Source of the DNA: Acidobacteriota bacterium
Lineage (GTDB): Bacteria; Acidobacteriota; UBA6911
Direction: 5' to 3'
Assembly: GCA_963664705.1 (NCBI GenBank)
Contig: OY761556.1
Span: 4,352,001-4,416,000, forward strand
Length of the DNA stretch: 64,000 nt
Made by a program: the position numbers and the translations under genes. Positions 57,167-64,000 of this stretch are shown one piece after another; position 1 is the first letter of the stretch; every line of letters begins with the position of its first letter. The notes beneath the pieces are model-generated. The model did not search any database and had not been told where the DNA came from. It saw nothing but the letters and a program-made list of their open reading frames with translations.

Positions 57167-59194
57167 CTATTTCCCTCCCACCCACCAGAAAACGAAGACG
57201 ATCGAAAGGACGAGCCCGATTACCTGCCAAAGCAGATAGAGCTGTGGCACGCCATTGTGAATCCTGCTAAAGGTCCTGCCAATGCGAACAAAGGCTGAAC
57301 CTATTGGGAAGTAAAGCCAGCGATCGAAGTCCAGACTGCGAGCCAATGGCTGTGGGGGGGAAATCTTGGGCCATTTTGGCTTCCAATAAACCGGGTGAAT
57401 CAGATTGCGGAACGGTTTGTAAAAACTGCTCGCGCGATATCTCACCGCTTCATCGGTAACCACCTCGCCGCAATTCCAGATTGAAGCCGGCCGGCTTTCG
57501 ACTTGGACACTCCGATAAATGGCATATGTCACGGCAGCGCACAACAGGAGAGCCAGGAAGATGACTACCGGGCTGACCGCCGTTGTCGTCACACCGCCAA
57601 GACCAAGGGTAATGCCTTTCCAGGGCAAAGCACCGAGAGATCCCTGGACCAGTGATGCATTGGCCATTCCCATCGCGGGCTGCAGCACTCCTATCAGGAG
57701 CGAAACGATAGCGGCGGGAAAGATCCCCAGCAGGAGGCACGCGGCGGCCAGAAGGAACTGCACGATCTCCATCGATTTCGGAGAACCCACAGGGCTGGTT
57801 TTGAACCGCTCAGGCAACGTGCCGAGATAGGCCGTACCCAGGTACTTGATGAAATACGCCAGAGTGACCGTACTCATAAAGATTGCAATGACAGCGTACA
57901 GCGTGTAGACAGAAGCCGGTTTCCCAAGAATGGCGCTCTGATAAATAAGCCATTTGCTGACGAATCCGTTGAGCGGCGGGATCCCTGCAATCGACAGGGC
58001 TCCAATGACAGCACATCCTGCCGTCAGCGGCATCAGTTTTGTCAATCCACCCATTCGATCCAGGTTCCGGGTTCCAGTTTTGAAAATAAGAGAACCGGAA
58101 TTAAAGAAGAGCAGTGATTTGAAACAGGCATGATTCACGATGTGATAGAGGCAGCCTACCAGGGCAATCACTCCAAAGATCGGATGATCCTTCATGAACA
58201 CAAGCCCGAGGCCCAGTCCGAGCAGAATGTATCCGATCTGCCCGATACTGCTTTGTGCAAGCAACCGCTTGCAATCATGCTCGCCCAGCGCACGCAAAGT
58301 GCCGACGGCCATCGACAGAACGCCGAATCCTGCAATGACACTGCCCCATATCATGGAGGCCGATGAAATCGGCAGCATCCACAGGAAAATGCGGAGCAGT
58401 CCATATACGCCCAGCTTGATCATGATGCCGGACAGGAGGGCGCTGACACTTGCCGGAGCCGCCGGGTGCGCGGCCGGCAGCCAGATTCCAAGCGGATACA
58501 TCCCGGCCTTGGTTGAGAATGCAATAAAGAACAGGAACAACAGCATGTGGAGCCCAAATGGACTCGATTGAGCCAGCGATTGAAAGAGCTGCGGCAACTC
58601 GGCAAATCCAAAAGAACCCGCCCGCTGCGACAGAAACATCACGGCGATCATCAGTCCGGCCGATGTCAGGTGCGTCATGAAAAAGTAAATGAAGCCGGCC
58701 GAAAGATTTTCTTTGTTGTCGTTCTCGAAAATAACCAGGAAATAGGACGCAAGCGTCATGACTTCCCAGAAAACCAGGAACCAGAACCAGTCCGACACCG
58801 ATACAACCGCCAACATGCCGGCCATAAATATCGGAAAGGGAAAGTAATACCGGCGCAGCCCTTCATGACGATAGTGGTCCAGGTATCCGATGCCGTAGAG
58901 AGCGGACCCGGTGACCAATATGGAAATCATGGCCAGAAAGATGGCGCTCAATCCGTCAATTTGAAAATTCAGCTGCGCCGTCAGGCCGAGGACCCTCACG
59001 CTCCCGAATCCGAACGCAATTGGTCCGGCAATCAGCGCCTTTGCGGAGATCCATAACATCGCCGCACCCGCGAGAGCGACTCCCGCAAAATTGATACCGC
59101 CGGCCAGATTCCTTCTGTCCGCGGTCAGCAGCGTGAATATGGACGTGGCAACCAGTACAACCATTGCACCGGCAAATAATTCCATTGCAGTCAT
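57167..59194 (-). CDS. Antiporter-like membrane subunit (HyfB/HycC-like)
   Basis: WEVMTLASYFL, WLPAAHPAAPASVSALLSG, GIPPLNGFVSKW and WNCG. Confidence 0.9.
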   Translation of the reverse strand: MTAMELFAGAMVVLVATSIFTLLTADRRNLAGGINFAGVALAGAAMLWISAKALIAGPIAFGFGSVRVLGLTAQLNFQIDGLSAIFLAMISILVTGSALYGIGYLDHYRHEGLRRYYFPFPIFMAGMLAVVSVSDWFWFLVFWEVMTLASYFLVIFENDNKENLSAGFIYFFMTHLTSAGLMIAVMFLSQRAGSFGFAELPQLFQSLAQSSPFGLHMLLFLFFIAFSTKAGMYPLGIWLPAAHPAAPASVSALLSGIMIKLGVYGLLRIFLWMLPISSASMIWGSVIAGFGVLSMAVGTLRALGEHDCKRLLAQSSIGQIGYILLGLGLGLVFMKDHPIFGVIALVGCLYHIVNHACFKSLLFFNSGSLIFKTGTRNLDRMGGLTKLMPLTAGCAVIGALSIAGIPPLNGFVSKWLIYQSAILGKPASVYTLYAVIAIFMSTVTLAYFIKYLGTAYLGTLPERFKTSPVGSPKSMEIVQFLLAAACLLLGIFPAAIVSLLIGVLQPAMGMANASLVQGSLGALPWKGITLGLGGVTTTAVSPVVIFLALLLCAAVTYAIYRSVQVESRPASIWNCGEVVTDEAVRYRASSFYKPFRNLIHPVYWKPKWPKISPPQPLARSLDFDRWLYFPIGSAFVRIGRTFSRIHNGVPQLYLLWQVIGLVLSIVFVFWWVGGK

Positions 59195-60576
59195 CGTCCC
59201 AACCCCCCGGCCAGCCGATCAATGATTGGCAAGGCAAACACGGTCGAAACCAGGATCAAGCCCATAAGTAGCAACAGGGGTATCGCCATGGTAGCCGGCG
59301 GATCCTGTGCCGCTTCTGCCGCCGGAGTGACGGCGCCAAAGACAATCTTATGCACCACGTGAATAAACCACGCAAACCCGGCCACACTCTCCGCCAACGC
59401 GAGCAACCCGAGCGTCCACCCCCAACTGGAGTGAAGCTGGAATGCTCCTGAAACGATAAAGAACTTACTCCAAAACATGTTGAAAGGAGGGACTCCGCTG
59501 ATTGCAAGCGCGCCGAGCACAAAAGCCAGCGAGGTCAACGGCATCTTCTTTCCCAAACCACTCAACGAGGAAATCTTGCGCGTGCCGGTCGTGAACGAAA
59601 TCGCGCCGACAGCCAGGAACAACAAACTCTTGGTAAAAGAATGACCGACCAGGTGAAGCAATCCGCCGCGCAGGCCGAGATTGGATCCTAGCGCACCAAT
59701 GGACAGCCCGAGAAACATATATCCAAGGTTGGCGATGGTCGAATAGGCAAGCAGCCGTTTCAGGTCATCCTGGAAGAAATAGAGGAAGACGCTAGTCAAC
59801 ATGGTCACGATAGCGATACATCCGAGCAGCAGCGCCACTTTAGGAGGAAAGACCGCCACGCTGACAAGGATTCTGGAAACCAGGTAGACTCCCGCTTTCA
59901 CCATAGCGGCGGCGTGCAGGTATGCGCTCGCCGGAGTCGGCGCGGCCATCGCGGTGGGAAGCCACGTGAAGAATGGGAACTGTGCGGCCTTGGCCATCCC
60001 GGCGATAACCAGGAAGACAATAGCGGTCGTCTTCAATGCCGGCGAAAGCTCATTGATCGCGGAAAAGGCAAAAGACCCGGTATTGATATGGATTAAGATG
60101 ATGGCCGCTTCCAGGAACAATCCCATCGCATGAGTGATCAGCAACGCCTTGTAAGCGGACCGCAGCGCATCCCCATCGCGGTAGAACGCAATCAATCCCC
60201 AGGAACACAATGTCGTCAATTCCCAGAAAATGAAAAGCTGGAAGAAATTGGGCGAAATGACTACGCCGATCATGGCCGCAATGAAAAGCAGCATAAAGAA
60301 GTAATATCGGCCCCGCCCCTGGTCAGACGGATGTTCCCGGTTCCGGGAGCTGATGTAACGCCCGGAATAGAGGACGATTAGAAATCCGCCGATCGTGATC
60401 ACCAGCAGCATCAGGGAAGTCAGCCCGTCAATTCGGACTCCAAACAAAGCTTCCTTGCTTGCCAGCCATGGCAGCGTCCCAAAGTCGCGCGTCCACACGC
60501 CGCCATAGTTTCGTATCACGATGGCGAGCGATCCGATCATTGCTGCCGCAGTCAATAATAAGGGCAACAAAAACAA
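59191..60576 (-). CDS. Antiporter-like membrane subunit (HyfD-like)
   Basis: KAAQFPFFTWLPTAMAAPTPASAYLHAAAMVKAGVY and DLKRLLAYST. Confidence 0.9.
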   Translation of the reverse strand: MFLLPLLLTAAAMIGSLAIVIRNYGGVWTRDFGTLPWLASKEALFGVRIDGLTSLMLLVITIGGFLIVLYSGRYISSRNREHPSDQGRGRYYFFMLLFIAAMIGVVISPNFFQLFIFWELTTLCSWGLIAFYRDGDALRSAYKALLITHAMGLFLEAAIILIHINTGSFAFSAINELSPALKTTAIVFLVIAGMAKAAQFPFFTWLPTAMAAPTPASAYLHAAAMVKAGVYLVSRILVSVAVFPPKVALLLGCIAIVTMLTSVFLYFFQDDLKRLLAYSTIANLGYMFLGLSIGALGSNLGLRGGLLHLVGHSFTKSLLFLAVGAISFTTGTRKISSLSGLGKKMPLTSLAFVLGALAISGVPPFNMFWSKFFIVSGAFQLHSSWGWTLGLLALAESVAGFAWFIHVVHKIVFGAVTPAAEAAQDPPATMAIPLLLLMGLILVSTVFALPIIDRLAGGLGR

Positions 60577-60617
60577 TTCTTCACCCCCTGTGAAATCCTA
60601 AAGCAGAATTTCAGGCA

Positions 60618-61916
60618 CTACCGTCCAAGCGGACGGATTCGTTGTGCTACCTGCAGAACATCCTGCTGGGAGAACTCAATTCCCGTAGCCGAGGTCAAAA
60701 GCTCGGCAATAACATCGAACTCAATACCGGCGCCGAGGAATGGACATAAACCTGCCGAATCCAGAATACTCAGCAAATCGCTGCAATTTTCGTCCTGACC
60801 ATCCGCACCGGGAATCCTCGGATAAATCGCAAAGCCTGCCGCCATGCAGGGGCCACGTTCAATGAGTGACGTCCCGTTTCCATTCGGCGTCAGAACCGAT
60901 CCTTCACCGGAAGCCAGCTTGCGCGCTGACTCCAGCGCGTTTCCGTTGGCTCCGATCAATGCCGATTTCGCGGCCGCATAGTCCAATCCCAGATCCACAA
61001 AAGATCTGTATTCCTTCAAGCTTTCGCCGAGTTCTCCCGGTGTACTTCCGGCAAGAAGCGGCAGCAACCCCGTTCCATCGTTCAAAACAAAGGACGAGAA
61101 TGAGGTAGCGCAACCAAAACAGCCACGGGTTCTCGCAGGCTTGAGATCAACATTGGTTGAATCCCATGCAATGCTGTCCGCCATTAAAACCGAATCATGT
61201 TCTCGCGTCCCCTTGACCGCAATCGCCCTGGTTTTCATAAAGGAACGCAATTCATTCGCGGCTTTCAGGAAGCGCTGATAATCCGCAAGCCGGAATCCTT
61301 CCGTTCCGCTCACCACAACGGCCTTAAGGTTCTTGGAACCCATGACTGCGGCCACGCCATTCTTCCCGGCGGCGGAAAAGCTGTCGCCCACAATCACGGA
61401 ACCCCCGACCCCTTTTTCGCCGGCAGGGCCAAGGCACGAAACGACAGCGCCGTTGCGGGTCTCTTTGAGCAGGCATTCGGTGGTTTCGGAAACCGTTTTT
61501 CCGGTCAGATGTGCCGCGGAGCGCAGTTCGCCTTTGCCATTATCGATCCAGAGATAAACAGGCGCATTCGAACGCCCTTCGACAATGAGGCCGTCGAAAC
61601 CGGAGAATTTGAGTTCGGAGCCCCACTTGCCGCTGATGCTCACGGCACCCAAGGCTTCGGCTGTGGGTATTCGCGTGACCACGGTATAGCGGCCGCCGTT
61701 GGGCGCCAATGTGCCGGTCAGAGGGCCGGTAGTAAAGACCAGGTGGTTTCCCGCATCCAGCGGCTCAATGGAAGCCGGTACTTCTTTCTCGTGCAGGTAG
61801 AAACCAAGGCCTCGGCCGCCCAGGTAATCCTTGGCGGTCTCCGGAGCCAGAAGCTCCTTTGTAATGGAACCGTTGCTTAAATTTACGCGCAATAATCGTC
61901 CACGCCAGCCGAACAT
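60618..61916 (-). CDS. Aldehyde ferredoxin oxidoreductase (AOR/WOR) homologue, shortened and degenerate (432 aa)
   Basis: MFGWRGRLLRVNLS, YLGGRGLG, GPLTGT, ELKFSGFD, VMGSKNLKA and C-terminal DSAGLCPF. ATG overlaps the upstream TGA. Confidence 0.82.
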   Translation of the reverse strand: MFGWRGRLLRVNLSNGSITKELLAPETAKDYLGGRGLGFYLHEKEVPASIEPLDAGNHLVFTTGPLTGTLAPNGGRYTVVTRIPTAEALGAVSISGKWGSELKFSGFDGLIVEGRSNAPVYLWIDNGKGELRSAAHLTGKTVSETTECLLKETRNGAVVSCLGPAGEKGVGGSVIVGDSFSAAGKNGVAAVMGSKNLKAVVVSGTEGFRLADYQRFLKAANELRSFMKTRAIAVKGTREHDSVLMADSIAWDSTNVDLKPARTRGCFGCATSFSSFVLNDGTGLLPLLAGSTPGELGESLKEYRSFVDLGLDYAAAKSALIGANGNALESARKLASGEGSVLTPNGNGTSLIERGPCMAAGFAIYPRIPGADGQDENCSDLLSILDSAGLCPFLGAGIEFDVIAELLTSATGIEFSQQDVLQVAQRIRPLGR

Positions 61917-62395
61917 CAGCGTCTCGCTCCCGGGGCAATTGCTTTCAGTTTTATGGCGGACAACCGCCGCTTCGTCACATTCACAGTACTCCGCTCGCCA
62001 TACGTTATGGCGCCGGAAGGACAAACAGTGGCACACTGGGGATCCCCGTTGCAGAGGTCGCATTTGAGGATCTTGTTACCGCATGAATCAAAGAAATTGC
62101 CGCCAAACGGGCAAATCTGAATGCACATTCTGCATTTGATGCACTTGGATTGATTGACCAGCCGCGCGCCCGTCTTTTTGTCTTCGGTAATGGCTTTTGC
62201 AGGGCAAATAGCCATACATCCGGCTTCCTCGCACTGCATGCACATGATTGCCGCAGAATGGGTATTTTCATCCCAGGTCTTTACTTCCAGCCTGGCCCTC
62301 GCGGGGTTGAATTCCTCTTCATGGAACAGGGAGCAGGCCAACTCGCAAGAATGGCAGTTGGTGCAGTGTTCCGGAGCTATCATTATTACGCCCAT
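61916..62395 (-). CDS. 4x[4Fe-4S] polyferredoxin (AorA-like small subunit)
   Basis: CTNCHSCELAC, CMQCEEAGCMAICP, CIKCRMCIQICP and KCDLCNGDPQCATVCP. Confidence 0.9.
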   Translation of the reverse strand: MGVIMIAPEHCTNCHSCELACSLFHEEEFNPARARLEVKTWDENTHSAAIMCMQCEEAGCMAICPAKAITEDKKTGARLVNQSKCIKCRMCIQICPFGGNFFDSCGNKILKCDLCNGDPQCATVCPSGAITYGERSTVNVTKRRLSAIKLKAIAPGARR

Positions 62396-62442
62396 CTCGT
62401 ATGCCCCACAGCGGCGCTTGGATTCTGCCACGCCGCGATCCC

Positions 62443-63816
62443 TTATTTACTCAGCCTTCGTTCCTCATACTGCGTCAGGAGTGCCCGGTTCGATTTATCT
62501 CCGGCACCCTTGCCAAAGCTTTCCTGGTAAACTCTTTGAACGGCATCGCTTTGAGTCAAGCGTCCGCTTCCCTTCCCTTCCGGGTACAACTTGCCGCGCT
62601 CATTATAGGTAGCGGTTCTATCTTGAGGCAGAAGTACCTTCGGCTGTCCTCCACCGCTCAGGCATCCCATTGGGCATGCGAGCAGTTCCATGAAGGCAAC
62701 ATCGTGGGTACCCTTTTTCATCGCTTCAAAGAAAGGAACGGCCGCCGTCAGCCCGGTAATGGCAACCGCTTTAATATTGTAGCTGCCGATTTGCACGGAG
62801 GCGGTGCGAACGCCTTCGGTTTCGGTATCGGAAAACTTGACTTCGGCGGCCCCTTCCGATTTGGAAAGAAGCTCCTGCCCGGCACGAATGACAGATGCCG
62901 CGATATCGCCTGGATTGCAGTACACGCTTGAAGCCTCCGGAATCGACGGGAGGTCCGAATCAAATGCCGCCTCCGCAATATTGCTCAGATCGATTCCGGC
63001 ATCCTTAATAAGGTAAGCCAGTTCGCGCGTTGTCAGCACCGCATCCACGTGCCGGACTCCTCCAGCACTCAATTCCGGCCGGTCGGCTTCGAATTTCCTC
63101 GAGGTGCAGGGCCCGACAGATACACTGAATATATCCGCAGGATCGACTTTCAATGCTGCCGCCACCTGTGATTTCAGCAATGCCCCCATAACCATGTTGG
63201 GCGATTTGCATGTGGTGAGGTAATGAAGCAGCTCAGGATGAAATTGCTCAATGAACTTTACCGCAGCCGGGCAAGAGGAGTTGATAACCGGCAGGATTCC
63301 TCCAGCCTGAAGCCGATGGACCAGTTCGTGGGATTGCTCGATAACCGCGATCGCGGCACCCAGCGAAAAGTCATATACCTTCCGGAACCCGATCTTCTTC
63401 AAAGCCGCCACCACACGCCCGGAAGCAATGCTTCCCGGCGCAAGGCCGAAATCCTCGGCCAGCGGACCGCACACGGCAGGGCCGCACTGCGCCAGCGCCA
63501 CGCACTTTGGATCCGCCAGGGCCTTTTTAATTTCCACCATGCGGCAATTATCGTAGGCGGCAAACAGGGGCTCCACGAAACCTTGGGGTAGCGCACGCTG
63601 TTCAATGCGTATCGCGCGAGGCGTCGCGCGTTCCTCAAACACCGTGTCATATCCGTTGCAAACTTGAACGCAGCGCCCGCATGCTACACATCGCTCTTCA
63701 TTAACGGTGTGGGGCTTGTGCCGTTCGCCGCTGATTGCCTCAGACGGGCACGCGGATACACAGTTGCCGCATCCTGTGCACAATTCCTGATCAATTCGGC
63801 TAAATCCCTCAGTCAC
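62443..63816 (-). CDS. [FeFe]-hydrogenase homologue (2x[4Fe-4S] + H-domain; HydA2/group A4-like) with altered H-cluster motifs
   Basis: CTGCGNCVSACP, CVACGRCVQVC and EPLFAAY; L1 NSSCPAA, L2 GPCTSRKFE, L3 ELLACPMGCLSGGGQP. Confidence 0.88.
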   Translation of the reverse strand: MTEGFSRIDQELCTGCGNCVSACPSEAISGERHKPHTVNEERCVACGRCVQVCNGYDTVFEERATPRAIRIEQRALPQGFVEPLFAAYDNCRMVEIKKALADPKCVALAQCGPAVCGPLAEDFGLAPGSIASGRVVAALKKIGFRKVYDFSLGAAIAVIEQSHELVHRLQAGGILPVINSSCPAAVKFIEQFHPELLHYLTTCKSPNMVMGALLKSQVAAALKVDPADIFSVSVGPCTSRKFEADRPELSAGGVRHVDAVLTTRELAYLIKDAGIDLSNIAEAAFDSDLPSIPEASSVYCNPGDIAASVIRAGQELLSKSEGAAEVKFSDTETEGVRTASVQIGSYNIKAVAITGLTAAVPFFEAMKKGTHDVAFMELLACPMGCLSGGGQPKVLLPQDRTATYNERGKLYPEGKGSGRLTQSDAVQRVYQESFGKGAGDKSNRALLTQYEERRLSK

Positions 63817-63844
63817 CCGCGACTCCTTTTCGAACGTTAAACCC

Positions 63845-64000
63845 CTAAATTGACTCCCGACTGCAACAGCAGATCAAGAGCCGCCTCGGTATTTTTCCGG
63901 CTCTTTTCCTTGGCCGGGTTCACCAGAGCCAGCGCCTTCTCCGGACAGGTTTCAACGCAAGCAGGCCCATTGGATCGATGAATGCACAAATCACAATTGC
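63845..64000 (-). CDS. HycB/HydN-like 4Fe-4S protein, C-terminal part only
   Basis: Manual translation: NCDLCIHRSNGPACVETCPEKALALVNPAKEKSRKNTEAALDLLLQSGVNL*. Confidence 0.8.

Overview
Gene-dense bacterial chromosome window, apparently from an anaerobe. An Acidobacteriota- or Desulfobacterota-like origin is only my impression and cannot be proven here. From left to right: (1) a truncated serine-hydrolase gene, an acyl-CoA dehydrogenase and a glycogen cluster (GH57-glgP-galT-like-glgA). (2) HU, an RpoD-family sigma factor and a GldA/F/G-DUF4340 ABC system. (3) A core translation/replication block: rimP-nusA-infB-DUF503-rbfA-truB, comEA, then TPR-ispE-tRNA-Gln-prs-rplY-pth-rpsF-rpsR-rplI-dnaB-xth. 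(4) Ni-type ECF, MgtE-domain and NRAMP transporters, and assorted metabolic genes. (5) A RAYT-type HUH tyrosine transposase flanked by inverted CCTGGACACCCAC repeats, and glgB. (6) A >16 kb minus-strand energy-conservation cluster that runs off the right edge. That cluster is the main finding. It is a formate-hydrogenlyase-2-like membrane complex (group 4 [NiFe] hydrogenase, three antiporter-like subunits, HycI, HydN, selenocysteine FdhF). It is preceded by an HDCR/HydA2-like [FeFe]-hydrogenase homologue and an AOR homologue, both with eroded catalytic motifs, and followed by a selenocysteine (CxU) rhodanese. The ORF track misses or splits both selenoproteins and misses a probable CTG start for glgP. 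Many short intergenic spacers carry 7-nt-period tandem repeats. All product calls come from motif recognition only; no database search was run.
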